DNA of 64,000 nucleotides, from contig DASZSF010000005.1 of NCBI GenBank assembly GCA_035548815.1, positions 182,177-246,176 on the forward strand, in the 5' to 3' direction. Positions 34,934 to 45,083 of this stretch are shown piece by piece. Every line of letters starts with the position of its first letter. The first letter of the stretch is position 1. The notes under the pieces are model-generated. The model did not search any database. It was not told the DNA's origin and saw only the letters and a program-made list of their open reading frames with translations. This DNA comes from Minisyncoccota bacterium. Lineage in GTDB: Bacteria > Patescibacteriota > Minisyncoccia > Phycocordibacterales > SBAW01. The position numbers were made by a program, and so were the translations under genes.

Positions 34934-35800
34934 TTAAAAAAGCCTGCCTTTTTGGAATCGCCATACTATTGGCGGGTAGGTAATGTAGCGTTCCACAAAG
35001 TGGGATTTAAATGTAGAGAATCCTTTCCATTCACGCGGTTCGCCTGGTTGCCAAAAATACATGAAGACAAGATTTTTAATGCCGCGTTTTAGCGAGTCTT
35101 TAAACCAATAGTCAACGAGCCCTGTCATTGCTTCTGTGCTGCGTGCCTCTTCGTATATAAACGTGCACATACGGGTGGTGCTATTGTACGTCGGGGAGGT
35201 AATGATAGCGTTTCCTGCAACTATAGCGTTTGTTTCATTATTTTCCACAACAAAAAATTCTATATGCGGCCGCACTTCTGGTAATGCATACTGGCGTCCA
35301 AGCGTGGCAAGAAGGTAGACGCCGACGTGCTTGTAGGTACGGCTCTTTTTGTACGCCGCTTTGTACTCTTCGAATGACACATGTTTTATGGAATGCGTCC
35401 GCCCCAGATGTTTGTCCCACTTTTTTGCATTGCGTTGCGCGTCTTTGCTCCACCTAAGGCGGTAATTCGAGTCTGTGAGTTCAACCAAACCATCTTTCCG
35501 CCACGACTGTGGGCGCCATATACTGTGCCAATGCGGCGGGACGTCCGTGCGGCGCACGCGTTTCCACATTATTATTCTGTTATAGGCGAGCGCTCCAGAA
35601 TGAGCATGGGAAAGATCAGGTTCAGCATCGCCACTAAAGAGTTCAAAACATATAGGCCATAAACACCAACGGGTGCTCGTTGGTGTACGTTCGCGCCGGC
35701 ATATCGGCGGAGGCAGGGCTATCATGCCAAATTCAGGCCATAGTTCAGGCGGGGCGAACCACTCCGGCGCTGTCGTATCGTGCTCCTCTTCTGTCCCCAT
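34934..35800 (-). CDS. Fem/BioF2-like GNAT-fold acyltransferase family protein (paralog B)
   Basis: 288 aa with C-terminal ...WKGFSTFKSHFVE resembling the FemABX GxxxFKxxFG tail. Its ATG overlaps the upstream paralog stop (TAATG). Confidence 0.35.
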   Translation of the reverse strand: MGTEEEHDTTAPEWFAPPELWPEFGMIALPPPICRRERTPTSTRWCLWPICFELFSGDAEPDLSHAHSGALAYNRIIMWKRVRRTDVPPHWHSIWRPQSWRKDGLVELTDSNYRLRWSKDAQRNAKKWDKHLGRTHSIKHVSFEEYKAAYKKSRTYKHVGVYLLATLGRQYALPEVRPHIEFFVVENNETNAIVAGNAIITSPTYNSTTRMCTFIYEEARSTEAMTGLVDYWFKDSLKRGIKNLVFMYFWQPGEPREWKGFSTFKSHFVERYITYPPIVWRFQKGRLF

Positions 35801-36645
35801 TATTTTCTTAGTATAGTGCCGCGCAAAAATTTGAACAAAGGAGGTTGGTAGAGCAGGTAGTCTGTGACGAATTGCGCTTTGAAATGTGAGATGCCTTTTC
35901 CGCGTTTGGTGCCGCTCTCATGCGGCGGGACGAATGCTCCGAAATGGAGCACTTCAACATGGCGGGAAAGGGCGTCAGCGAACCAATGGTCAATGAGCCC
36001 GAGCATGACATTGTCCATGCGCTCTTCTTTGAGATAAAAACCGCAGCTGTATGCGCTTGCGCGTCCTTTGCAGCCATCAAACACGGCATGGCCTCCCACT
36101 ATGACGCCGTCGCGTATGCGCTCTGCTCCCCACATCTGTACAGAATCAGGGAATCGCTCAAGGCGAGCTTGTAATTTTTTGAGCTCGTATGTCGGTATCT
36201 CAGAGGCGACGGTGCTTTTGCTATATGCCCGAGCGAACTCATCAAATGAAAGGGAGATTACTCTATATTTTTTATCGAGCAATTCGTCGCGCCACTTTTT
36301 TCGATAGTAGCGAGCAGTTTTTGACCAGCGGGTGAAATAACCGGGCGCGAGCTTGTGATAGCCGATATATATGGACGAGCGTAGCCAGGGTAGCTGCAAC
36401 CATCCGCGCGGCACATCCATGCGCGTTCTCCGATGCCAAACGGCGATGCGGTTTGGACCAGGCGGCGTGTCATGAAGAAGGGGTTCGGTGTTGCTCCGAT
36501 ACTCTTCAAAATATATGGGCCATATGCCATATCGCGCACCGACGGGTGATGCGCCAACAGGCTCTGGTTTTGTAGTGTCTCTAAAGAGTCGGTAGAACAG
36601 ATATTCGGGCCATTCAAAAAGAGAGAGCAGGCGACTATCTTCCAT
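35800..36645 (-). CDS. Fem/BioF2-like GNAT-fold acyltransferase family protein (paralog A)
   Basis: Paralog of 34934..35800 with C-terminal ...GKGISHFKAQFVT. Start abuts the 3' end of tRNA-Leu(TAA). Confidence 0.35.
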   Translation of the reverse strand: MEDSRLLSLFEWPEYLFYRLFRDTTKPEPVGASPVGARYGIWPIYFEEYRSNTEPLLHDTPPGPNRIAVWHRRTRMDVPRGWLQLPWLRSSIYIGYHKLAPGYFTRWSKTARYYRKKWRDELLDKKYRVISLSFDEFARAYSKSTVASEIPTYELKKLQARLERFPDSVQMWGAERIRDGVIVGGHAVFDGCKGRASAYSCGFYLKEERMDNVMLGLIDHWFADALSRHVEVLHFGAFVPPHESGTKRGKGISHFKAQFVTDYLLYQPPLFKFLRGTILRK

Positions 36646-36730
36646 GGTGCCGGGGGTGGGAATCGAACCCACACGACCTTGCGGTCTGGGGATTTTAAGT
36701 CCCCTATGTCTACCATTTCATCACCCCGGC
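36645..36730 (-). tRNA. tRNA-Leu (anticodon TAA), CCA encoded
   Basis: Reverse complement reads GCCGGGGTGATGAAATGGTAGACATAGGGGACTTAAAATCCCC + long variable arm + GTGGG-TTCGATT-CCCAC CCCCGGC A CCA. Confidence 0.85.
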
Positions 36731-36736
36731 AAAAAC

Positions 36737-36811
36737 TGGAGGCCACGGAGGGATTCGCACCCTCGCATAACGGTTTTGCAGACCGTCGCGTTGCTTCTTC
36801 GCCACGTGGCC
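36737..36811 (-). tRNA. tRNA-Cys (anticodon GCA), CCA encoded
   Basis: Reverse complement reads GGCCACGTGGCGAAGAAGCAACGCGACGGTCTGCAAAACCGT...GAGGG-TGCGAAT-CCCTC CGTGGCC T CCA. Confidence 0.8.
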
Positions 36812-36930
36812 AATGGGATAACTTTATCGCACTTCACTTTTTTTAGAAAGGTTTAAAAAATAAAACTCACGAAGTATTGACAAAGTAGAAAATTGTGTAA
36901 TTATTAACTCCGAAACAGTTCGGAGGTGTC

Positions 36931-37518
36931 ATGTCAGTATCAGAAATTATTGGCGGCCTTCCCGTCATCTCAAGTGTCTTGGATCACGGCCCGCTTGTTG
37001 CGGCGTTCGCGACCTTCTTCGTTATGTTCGGGGTTACGTATCCGCTCATATGTTGGGAATGGGGATACTGGCTCCCACTGCGGCGCCTGTATCTCAACTT
37101 CCTGGTATGCGACGCGTTCGTGTACCCTGGCTATATGGCAGTAGCGGCGAGCGTCTTGGCAGATGCCGACCCCGGCAATTTCTGGGCAAGCTCTTCCTGG
37201 CATTGGAGCGTGCTGATTTTGGGCACAGTGCTTTCGCTGGCGGTTTGCTGGTGGGAGATGCGCATAGAAAAGTATCCGCTCGATGTACAGCTGGAGCCCT
37301 GGAAGATCTGGCACACGCTCACGTTCCCAATAGCTTTTTACTGGATCGTGAGTACGCTTCCCATCGTCTTGTTGCAGGGCAAGCTTTGGGCTATTTGTGC
37401 CGTGGTGTCAGGAGCTCTGCTTTTCCTAGCCACGTCGGTGCTCGATGGCTGGCTGCCAGGTACACAGAAAGCTCAACGCCGGCTCATGCAGGTGTTGAGT
37501 TCAATAGGAGTCCTATGA
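36931..37518 (+). CDS. Hypothetical polytopic membrane protein
   Basis: 195 aa with about 6 predicted TM helices and a GGAGG RBS. Confidence 0.45.
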   Translation: MSVSEIIGGLPVISSVLDHGPLVAAFATFFVMFGVTYPLICWEWGYWLPLRRLYLNFLVCDAFVYPGYMAVAASVLADADPGNFWASSSWHWSVLILGTVLSLAVCWWEMRIEKYPLDVQLEPWKIWHTLTFPIAFYWIVSTLPIVLLQGKLWAICAVVSGALLFLATSVLDGWLPGTQKAQRRLMQVLSSIGVL

Positions 37519-37533
37519 GGGCTCCTATTCTTT

Positions 37534-37851
37534 TTATGAAATTTCGTCGAGGCGCTGGCGGTTCTTTTCGCCTAAGTCTATTTTGAACTCGAAAAAGGGA
37601 GGGAAGGCACCGCGGATCTTGGTGCGGAAGAAGTCCGCTAATTCGCGGCGGTTGCGCTGTGCAAAATCGAGCGCAGCGGCTTCAGCCTTTTCCGGCAAAA
37701 CGGTGATAAAGATGGTTGCGCTCTTGGCATCGGACGACAGCATGACGCGCGTTACGGTAATGAGCGACTGCGGCCCGGCCTCCTTTGCCAAGAATTCGGC
37801 AGCGACTTCGTGCACGGCTGTCTGAATTTTTTCGTTGCGATTTCCCTCCAT
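37534..37851 (-). CDS. rbfA: Ribosome-binding factor A
   Basis: KH-like RbfA pattern (LITVTRVMLSSDAKSATIFITVLP...). Confidence 0.8.
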   Translation of the reverse strand: MEGNRNEKIQTAVHEVAAEFLAKEAGPQSLITVTRVMLSSDAKSATIFITVLPEKAEAAALDFAQRNRRELADFFRTKIRGAFPPFFEFKIDLGEKNRQRLDEIS

Positions 37852-37878
37852 GATTTGTTTTTCAATTTATGGTGAGTC

Positions 37879-39459
37879 TTATCGAATCACAACCTCAAAC
37901 GATTCAATAGTGTCGCCGGCAGCTGGTTCAAAATCTATTTTGAGCATTGCGCCAAACTCGCTGCCTTTTTCAACTTTCTTTACGTCTACTTTTTGCGACT
38001 GAAGGCCGGTGATTGAGCCGCGGCCGATTTCCATATCGCGACGCATTATTTTGATGTCCTCACCTACAGAAATCTCGCCTTCGTCGACACGGCCGCCGAG
38101 CACAACTTTGTTTTTAACAACGCTGAATACTTTCAAGATTTTTGCCGAGCCGGTCTTTTCTTCCATGTTGGCACGTGGGCGGCGCTTCTCAACTTCTTCT
38201 TCAAGCCATTTTGCGAGTTCGTAGATGATAGAGAAGGTTGCCACAGTGACACCTATGCATTCTGCAGTTTGTGCTGCGTCGCGGTCGACTTTGACATTGA
38301 ACCCAATGATGATGCCTGGAGTCTTGCCGCTGCCAACGAGCTGTACGTCCTTTTCTGTCACGGTGCCAGTGCCGCGGCCAACGATGCGGACTTCAAGCCG
38401 TTCATGCTTCGGAAGCTTATCGAGTTCGTGTATGACTGCGTCTCCCGTGCCCGCGAAGTCTGTCTTGATGACTATAGGGAGGGAGAGAATTTCTATATCT
38501 TCGGCACCAGAGGCTGTTTCCGGGTACACAGATTCCTTGCTAGGAATCTGCTCAGTCCTCGCGCCGTCGCGCTGTGGAGCCCCGGAAACAGCCCTGCTGC
38601 CTGCGCTTCGTTTGTACTCCGCTACTTCATTATCCGCTTCTTTCTTGCTCTCAACACAACGCCACGTGCTGCCAATTGTAGGCAGGGTAGAGAAGCCGAC
38701 GATGCGGATAGGGCTGCCAGGCAACGCCTCTTTAATTGGTTTGCCAACGTAGTTTTCCATGATGCGCACTGGTGCAAACGAGTCGCCTGACACGACGAAC
38801 TCGCCCGACTCAACAGTGCCGTTTTGCACAATGAGCGTTGCGGTATTGCCGCGCTTTTGGTCGAGGTGTGCTTCAATCACGAGTCCAGAACCTGGGAGGT
38901 CCGGATCGACTGAAAGTCCTTCAAGTTCGCCTGCGAGCAAAATTAAGTCGAGAAGTTCAGGAATACCTTCGCCGCTTTTGCTCGACACCCCGATGAACGG
39001 AACTTCGCCGCCCAATCCTTCCAAATAAATGCCGTTTTCAAGCAGCGACATCTTTGCTTTTTCAACATCAGCGCCAGGCTTGTCTATTTTTGTGATAGCG
39101 ACGATGTAGGGGATCTTTGTTTCTTCGATAAGTTTTACTGCTTCGAGCGTTTGCGGTTTAGCGCCGTCTTCAGCAGAGACAACGAGCACGGCAACATCTG
39201 CGACTTCCAGCCCGCGTGAACGCATTGCGCGAAACGCTTCGTGCCCCGGCGTGTCCAAAAAAGTGATACGATGCGTACCGCTCGTGTTCGTATGCTCTGC
39301 TTCGTATGCAGAAAGATGCTGCGTAATGCCGCCCGCTTCACCTTCAACAGTGTTAGTCTTGCGGATGTAGTCCAGCAAGGTGCTTTTGCCGTGGTCGATA
39401 TGGCCAACAACGGCGACTATGGGCGGGCGTTCCCGCGTTTTGGCGGTTTCAGGTGACAT
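37879..39459 (-). CDS. infB: Translation initiation factor IF-2 (short form, no N-terminal extension)
   Basis: [22 protein letters not shown] and NKID GTPase motifs. Domain II/III and C-terminal beta-barrel present. Confidence 0.9.
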   Translation of the reverse strand: MSPETAKTRERPPIVAVVGHIDHGKSTLLDYIRKTNTVEGEAGGITQHLSAYEAEHTNTSGTHRITFLDTPGHEAFRAMRSRGLEVADVAVLVVSAEDGAKPQTLEAVKLIEETKIPYIVAITKIDKPGADVEKAKMSLLENGIYLEGLGGEVPFIGVSSKSGEGIPELLDLILLAGELEGLSVDPDLPGSGLVIEAHLDQKRGNTATLIVQNGTVESGEFVVSGDSFAPVRIMENYVGKPIKEALPGSPIRIVGFSTLPTIGSTWRCVESKKEADNEVAEYKRSAGSRAVSGAPQRDGARTEQIPSKESVYPETASGAEDIEILSLPIVIKTDFAGTGDAVIHELDKLPKHERLEVRIVGRGTGTVTEKDVQLVGSGKTPGIIIGFNVKVDRDAAQTAECIGVTVATFSIIYELAKWLEEEVEKRRPRANMEEKTGSAKILKVFSVVKNKVVLGGRVDEGEISVGEDIKIMRRDMEIGRGSITGLQSQKVDVKKVEKGSEFGAMLKIDFEPAAGDTIESFEVVIR

Positions 39460-39467
39460 GGTAGGTA

Positions 39468-40004
39468 TTAGTTCGCTGCGGGGCGTTTGTGTGCGGCAAG
39501 CGACTGCTTTGCTTTTTCTATCGCCTCGCGTTCTTCAGCGGTCAGTTCAAATGTCGATGCGCCTTTTTCGAGCGGCTTGGCGTAGACGCCGACGTGGTTG
39601 CGCGAATACAGAGTTGAAAATACCACACCAGAATGGTGTTCGTCAATGAATGCGGCAGAAAAACTTTGATTGCCGCCCGCGCCATTTCCTGCAAATGCAT
39701 TGAAGCGCACAACTCCAACTCCTTGCACAGAACCGCGCAAGCGCGACTCGGCGAGCTTCAAATATTTTTCGAGCTCTGCACGGAAGTTTTGAAGTTCGCG
39801 CATATCGCGCAAAAGTATTGAGATGCTTTCTTCAATGGAACCATTGCGGCCCAGCGCCAGCCGTGTCAGGCGGCGCCGCAGCGATAGTTGAAGAATGAGC
39901 GCCATGACGGCCAAGATGAAAGCCCCGGCTGCAAGCCACGGCGCGGCAAGCCCCAGCCAATAGGCAGCCTTGAGAAAATATGTATGGGCTAGAGCAACCG
40001 ACAT
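39468..40004 (-). CDS. DUF4446-like membrane protein
   Basis: TM N-terminus, then VGVVRFNAFAGNGAGGNQSFSAAFIDEHHSGVVFSTLYSRNHVGVYAKPL. Start is ambiguous: ATG candidates at 40004, 40022 and 40049. Confidence 0.4.
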   Translation of the reverse strand: MSVALAHTYFLKAAYWLGLAAPWLAAGAFILAVMALILQLSLRRRLTRLALGRNGSIEESISILLRDMRELQNFRAELEKYLKLAESRLRGSVQGVGVVRFNAFAGNGAGGNQSFSAAFIDEHHSGVVFSTLYSRNHVGVYAKPLEKGASTFELTAEEREAIEKAKQSLAAHKRPAAN

Positions 40005-40026
40005 GAAAACCAGTATACTGAACATA

Positions 40027-41214
40027 ATGCTATTTAAAAAGAAGCGCATATACGCCGACGCAGCTGCGGCAACCCCGATTTCTCCTCGAGCAAAAGCCGA
40101 GCTCATCCGGCTTTTAGATGTCTATGGCAACGCCGGTGCGTTACATACAGAAGGGGTGGCCGCAAAAAATGAGTTAGAGAAAGCCAGAGAAGTCGTGGCA
40201 AAAAGCATTGGCGCTCATGCCAATGAAATTGTATTCACCGGCAGTGGCACGGAAGGCAATAACTTAGCCTTGCAGGGGATTTTGCGTCCTTTGTTGCGTG
40301 CAGGAAAAAAAGTTCATGCAATAACGAGTGTTATAGAACATTCATCAGTGCTCGAGCCACTGCGCGCACTTTCACGCGAAGGCTTGATGCTTACAGAATT
40401 GCCGGTAGATAGCGAAGGCCTCGTTTCAGTAAAAGAATTTGCAGACGCAATTACAGAAGATACTGTGCTTGTTTCTATTCAATATATAAATAGTGAGATA
40501 GGCACTGTTGAACCGTTGCGCGAAATTGCAAAAGAAATTCGTTACGCACGAAAACAGCGAACAAGCGGCTTGCCACTGTACTTTCATACCGACGCATCGC
40601 AAGCACCTATGTGGTTCGACATAAAAGTAGAACGGCTGGGCGTTGATCTTTTGACACTCGATGCTCAAAAAATAATGGGTCCAAAAGGAGTGGGCGCTCT
40701 ATATATACATCGAGGTGTCTCGATAGAGCCAGTGCTATCAGGGAGTAAACAAGAACGAGGGTTGCGCGGGGGCACAGAAAACATTCCGCTCGTCGGCGCA
40801 TTTGCTACGGCACTCGCTGATGTGTCTATTGGTATTGAAGACCGAGCTGCGAGAGTGGCAGAGGTGCGGAATTATATGTGGAAAGAAATACAAGAACGTG
40901 TACCTGATGCCGTTCTTAATGGGCCTTCATTTGAACATCGTGCGCCTAACAATTTAAATATTTCTATACCAGGTTTGGATAGAGAGATGGCGGTCATCGG
41001 GTTAGATGCAGAAGGCATTGCTATTACTACACGTTCGGCATGCAATGTTGCCGACAGCGAACTTTCGTATGTCGTTGTGGCGCTCGGTCAGGGTGAAGAA
41101 CAAGCGAAAGGCGCTGTTCGAATTACACTGTTGCCCGACGCTACGAAGGCAGATGCTGTTGCTATTGCCAACGCATTTCAAAAAATTGCAAAACGATATA
41201 AAAACGTTGTATAA
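40027..41214 (+). CDS. Cysteine desulfurase (NifS/IscS-like class V aminotransferase)
   Basis: IYADAAAATPISP N-terminus, the PLP-lysine region LDAQKIMGPKGVGALYI, and the SACNVADSELSYVV active-site Cys loop. Confidence 0.8.
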   Translation: MLFKKKRIYADAAAATPISPRAKAELIRLLDVYGNAGALHTEGVAAKNELEKAREVVAKSIGAHANEIVFTGSGTEGNNLALQGILRPLLRAGKKVHAITSVIEHSSVLEPLRALSREGLMLTELPVDSEGLVSVKEFADAITEDTVLVSIQYINSEIGTVEPLREIAKEIRYARKQRTSGLPLYFHTDASQAPMWFDIKVERLGVDLLTLDAQKIMGPKGVGALYIHRGVSIEPVLSGSKQERGLRGGTENIPLVGAFATALADVSIGIEDRAARVAEVRNYMWKEIQERVPDAVLNGPSFEHRAPNNLNISIPGLDREMAVIGLDAEGIAITTRSACNVADSELSYVVVALGQGEEQAKGAVRITLLPDATKADAVAIANAFQKIAKRYKNVV

Positions 41215-42018
41215 TTGAGCGTAATGGACCTCGAACACCTGACCAAACATCAAGTGATATTGCTCACGCTGTTGGTCAGCCTCGTGACTTCCATTGTGAC
41301 GGGCATTGTTACCGTATCGCTCATGAATCAGGCGCCTCAGGGTGTCACCCGCACGATTAACCAGATCGTTGAACACACCGTGCAAACCGTCGTTCCAGCC
41401 ACCCAAGGCGCAGCAGCGGCTACCGTTACGACAGAAAAAACAGTTGTCGTGAAAGACGACGACCTCACGGCCCAGTCTATTGCCGCAGTCCAAAAAGCCA
41501 TTGTCCGCATCACTGCACATGGCGATGATGCACTGGTTGCGCGCGGAGTCATTGTCGACTCGGCAGGCACTGCGCTCACCGACAGCGACGCGCTCAAGAG
41601 CTCGGGCGCAAAAGAGTTTGACGCGATCCTTTCAGACGGTTCGCGCGTCCCGGCCACTGTCATAGCGCCGGCAACCTCAAGCCCTATTGGCATGGTGACG
41701 GTGGCCTATGGGACGTCCACTGCGGTCACTGCAATAAAAATGGCTGATGTAAGTAAGGTAGCGTTGGGCCAAAGCGTCATCCGCATAGGCGGCAAAGGTG
41801 CAGATACGGTTGGCACGGGCGTCGTTGCAGCACTGCCAGGCAAAGGTTCCGACATTGAAGCAAGCGTTACGTCCGCAACTCCAGGCTCTATCCTTATGAC
41901 GATCTTTGGCGAACTCATTGGCATTTCAACGGCCGATTCTCTGACAGACGGTGCCGACTTCTATACCGTTCCGAAAGCTCCCGAACCCGACCCTAAACCA
42001 GTTCCGAAAACGCAGTAG
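41215..42018 (+). CDS. Membrane-anchored trypsin-like (HtrA/S1C-like) domain protein, possibly degenerate
   Basis: TM anchor followed by a layout resembling HtrA (RITAHGDDALVARGVIVDSAGTALT; VIRIGGKGADTVGTGVVAAL; TPGSILMTIFGELIGIST). The catalytic triad is not clearly conserved. Confidence 0.35.
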   Translation: MSVMDLEHLTKHQVILLTLLVSLVTSIVTGIVTVSLMNQAPQGVTRTINQIVEHTVQTVVPATQGAAAATVTTEKTVVVKDDDLTAQSIAAVQKAIVRITAHGDDALVARGVIVDSAGTALTDSDALKSSGAKEFDAILSDGSRVPATVIAPATSSPIGMVTVAYGTSTAVTAIKMADVSKVALGQSVIRIGGKGADTVGTGVVAALPGKGSDIEASVTSATPGSILMTIFGELIGISTADSLTDGADFYTVPKAPEPDPKPVPKTQ

Positions 42019-42041
42019 TTACTAGCTAAATACAAAACCGT

Positions 42042-44726
42042 ATGCCTCCATTCAATCATTTCACTACGAAAGCAAAAGAGGCCGTCCGCCGAGCCCATGA
42101 ACTCGCGGTCGAACGCGGCCAAAATCAGGTAAGCCCGATGCACTTGTTGGGCGCTCTTCTGCTGCAGGAAGAATCGCTCGTCGTCACCATTGTTGAAAAG
42201 CTCGAAGTGGACATGGTGCTTCTCACAGACACCGTGCTAGAAAACTTGGAAGGGAATGCAGGCGGTGCGACACTTTCGCCCTCCTACCAGCTGTACCTCA
42301 CGCCCGAACTTGTGCAGGCGCTTGAACGTTCTGCAAAAGTGGCGACAGAACTCCACGACGAATTCGTCTCATGCGAGCATTTGTTAATTGCTATTTTGGA
42401 TGTGCCGGGCGCTGCACGCGAAACACTGGCTCGCTTCCGCATCACGCGCGAATCCGTGCTGCGCGCATTGTCCGAGCTTAAATCCTCAAAAGTTGCGACT
42501 GCAGCGCCAGAGAAAAAGAATCGTGCACTCACCAAGTACACCCGCTCGCTTACAAAGATGGCGGCCGAGAACAAACTCGACCCGGTCATCGGCCGCGACG
42601 AGGAAATAAAACGCGTCATCCAGATTCTTTCGCGCCGGACCAAGAACAACCCGATACTCATCGGCGAGGCGGGTGTTGGAAAGACCGCCATTGCAGAAGG
42701 GTTGGCTAGCCGTATAGCAGCTGGCGATGTCCCAGACTCGCTCCGCGATAAAGAACTTGTATCGCTCGACTTGGGTGCACTCATTGCAGGCACCAAGTAC
42801 CGCGGCGAATTTGAAGAGCGCTTGAAGGCGATAATGAAAGAGATCGAACGCTCTGAAGGCAAAGTACTGCTCTTCATCGACGAGATTCATACCATGATTG
42901 GTGCAGGTGCCGCAGAAGGTGCAATGGATGCGTCCAACATGCTGAAGCCGGCACTTGCACGCGGCGACATCCATGTCATTGGCGCAACCACGCTCCGCGA
43001 ATATCAAAAGCATATTGAACGCGATCCGGCATTCCAACGCCGCTTTCAACCGGTGTACGTCCTTGAACCAGGCGTTGAAGACGCAACCGCGATCTTGCGC
43101 GGCCTCAAAGAAAAATATGAACTTTTCCACGGTGTGCATATTACCGACGACGCGCTTGTGGGCGCAGTCGAACTTTCGGCCCGCTACATTCCGGACCGCT
43201 TCTTGCCCGATAAGGCAATCGACCTTATTGACGAGGCGTCATCGGCGTTGCGCATTAGCTTGGAAAACAAACCGCCTGCGCTTGAAGATGCGCACCGCAA
43301 AATCATGCGCTTGGAAGTTGAAAAGGAGGCGCTGCGCAAAGAGGCTGCTGAAGAAGGCGACAGCGCAGCAAAGAGCCGCACCAAAACAATTGAGAAAGAC
43401 ATTGCAGATTTGAAGGAAAAGACCGGCGAACTTGAAATGCGCTGGAAGAACGAAAAGCAGGTCCTGCTCGACATCAAAGCGATAAAGAAGGAATTGGAAA
43501 CGCTCCGCATGGAAGCAGACTCGGCTGAAGCGAGCGTGGATCTTTCGCGTGCGGCAGAGATCCGCTACGGCGAGATCCCAAGCCTCGAGCGCGATTTGGA
43601 GCAAAAGACAAAACGCTTGAAAAAGCTCCAAAGCACGCGTCGCATATTGAAGGAAGAAATTACTGAAACCGACATCGCAAGCGTTGTGTCGAAGTGGACG
43701 GGCATTCCTGTCTCGCGCATGCTTGAAGAGGAGGCTGAAAAGCTTTCGCGTATTGAAAACGTGCTTGAATCTCGCGTCGTGGGCCAAAAAGAGGCAGTGC
43801 AAAAAGTTGCCGATGCAGTAAAGCGCTCGCGCGCAGGCATCGCAGACCCGAACCGCCCCATCGCGTCTTTCATGTTCTTGGGCCCAACGGGCGTCGGCAA
43901 AACAGAACTTACGCGCGCATTGGCAGAGTTTATGTTCGACGACGAAAAGGCGCTGATCCGCGTCGATATGTCCGAATATATGGAAAAGCATTCGGTTAGC
44001 AAAATAATCGGCGCGCCTCCGGGCTATGTTGGCCACGAAGAGGGTGGGGCACTCACAGAACTTGTCCGCCACCGTCCGTATTCAGTGCTGTTGTTCGACG
44101 AAATTGAAAAAGCGCACCCAGAAGTATTCAACATCCTTCTGCAGGTGCTCGACAACGGTACGCTCACCGATGCAAAGGGCCGTCATGTGAACTTTCGCAA
44201 CACGATAATCATCATGACGAGCAACATCGGCGCCCAGTACATCGACAAGATGGAACAGCTCGGGTTCGCGGCATCGGCGACGGACGCAGCCAACTACGCG
44301 ATGGCGAAGGACCGCGTCGGCCAGGCGCTCAAGGACTACTTCCGCCCCGAATTCTTGAACCGCATCGACGAAATAATCATCTTCAACATTTTGGGTCCGG
44401 ACGCAATTCAGGAAATTGTTGGCATTCAAGTCAAAGAGGTCGTCGAGCGATTGGCGCAAAAGCATATCACGCTCACTATCAACAAAGGCGTGTACGAATA
44501 TTTGGCAAAAGAAGGATACAACCCGCACTACGGCGCCCGCCCGCTCCGCCGACTCATTCAAGATAAGATTCTTACGAAGGTTGCATCACTTATGGTCAGC
44601 CGCGGTGTGCTTTCAGGCGGCAGCGTGACTGTCGATATCAAGGCAGGGGAATTTGTCTTCGATGTAAAGAAAGGTCCGAAGGGTCGCACAAAGGTAGTAG
44701 CCTCAAACGAACTCCAAGCGGTCTAA
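42042..44726 (+). CDS. clpB: ATP-dependent chaperone ClpB
   Basis: Two AAA+ modules ([15 protein letters not shown]; [15 protein letters not shown]) with the long middle coiled-coil domain typical of ClpB. Confidence 0.95.
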   Translation: MPPFNHFTTKAKEAVRRAHELAVERGQNQVSPMHLLGALLLQEESLVVTIVEKLEVDMVLLTDTVLENLEGNAGGATLSPSYQLYLTPELVQALERSAKVATELHDEFVSCEHLLIAILDVPGAARETLARFRITRESVLRALSELKSSKVATAAPEKKNRALTKYTRSLTKMAAENKLDPVIGRDEEIKRVIQILSRRTKNNPILIGEAGVGKTAIAEGLASRIAAGDVPDSLRDKELVSLDLGALIAGTKYRGEFEERLKAIMKEIERSEGKVLLFIDEIHTMIGAGAAEGAMDASNMLKPALARGDIHVIGATTLREYQKHIERDPAFQRRFQPVYVLEPGVEDATAILRGLKEKYELFHGVHITDDALVGAVELSARYIPDRFLPDKAIDLIDEASSALRISLENKPPALEDAHRKIMRLEVEKEALRKEAAEEGDSAAKSRTKTIEKDIADLKEKTGELEMRWKNEKQVLLDIKAIKKELETLRMEADSAEASVDLSRAAEIRYGEIPSLERDLEQKTKRLKKLQSTRRILKEEITETDIASVVSKWTGIPVSRMLEEEAEKLSRIENVLESRVVGQKEAVQKVADAVKRSRAGIADPNRPIASFMFLGPTGVGKTELTRALAEFMFDDEKALIRVDMSEYMEKHSVSKIIGAPPGYVGHEEGGALTELVRHRPYSVLLFDEIEKAHPEVFNILLQVLDNGTLTDAKGRHVNFRNTIIIMTSNIGAQYIDKMEQLGFAASATDAANYAMAKDRVGQALKDYFRPEFLNRIDEIIIFNILGPDAIQEIVGIQVKEVVERLAQKHITLTINKGVYEYLAKEGYNPHYGARPLRRLIQDKILTKVASLMVSRGVLSGGSVTVDIKAGEFVFDVKKGPKGRTKVVASNELQAV

Positions 44727-44804
44727 CAATTAGAGATATATAAAGCAAGAACCCCGCACCAGACAATGTCTAGTAGCGGGGCTTTTTGCGTCACAGCGTT
44801 CGCG

Positions 44805-44915
44805 TTATGCGAGGCTGTCAACGTAGTTGCACAGGTCGACGATGACCTGATCGATGCTGAGAATGAACGCAGCATAGTTGCAGAGGTCGTCGACGATCTG
44901 GTCGATGGTGGTCAT
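44805..44915 (-). CDS. Small Cys-containing peptide (36 aa) with internal tandem repeat, GC3-rich
   Basis: MTTIDQIVDDLCNYAAFILSIDQVIVDLCNYVDSLA. AAGGAG RBS 7-8 nt upstream and a TTGACA-17-TATTAT promoter. About 85% GC3. Confidence 0.45.
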   Translation of the reverse strand: MTTIDQIVDDLCNYAAFILSIDQVIVDLCNYVDSLA

Positions 44916-44972
44916 GGTGTGTCTCCTTGCAGGGGCCTTGGGATCGATTCCCGCAGCTGTCTTTCGTATGTA

Positions 44973-45001
44973 ATAATACACTATATTACTATACTTGTCA
45001 A
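44973..45001 (-). promoter_or_regulatory. Sigma70-like promoter (TTGACA-17-TATTAT) for the 44.9-kb peptide
   Basis: Read on the minus strand: TTGACAagtatagtaatatagtgTATTAT. Divergent from tRNA-Tyr. Confidence 0.5.
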
Positions 45002-45083
45002 GTACCCCAAAAAAGCCCAAAAATAAGGCAAAAACAGTCGACAAAAACCCCGAAACGATGTATTTTATACATGTTCGATATAT

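Noticed and set aside
36258-36746. 162-aa minus-strand ORF
   Set aside because: It spans tRNA-Leu(TAA) and tRNA-Cys. It is an artefact of GC-rich tRNA sequence.
42486-44072. Two long minus-strand ORFs (217 and 277 aa) inside clpB
   Set aside because: They are antisense shadows of clpB, with no start or RBS support.
44766-45026. 86-aa plus-strand ORF between clpB and tRNA-Tyr
   Set aside because: The opposite strand has about 85% GC3 periodicity, an AAGGAG RBS and a TTGACA-17-TATTAT promoter. The plus frame has none of these.
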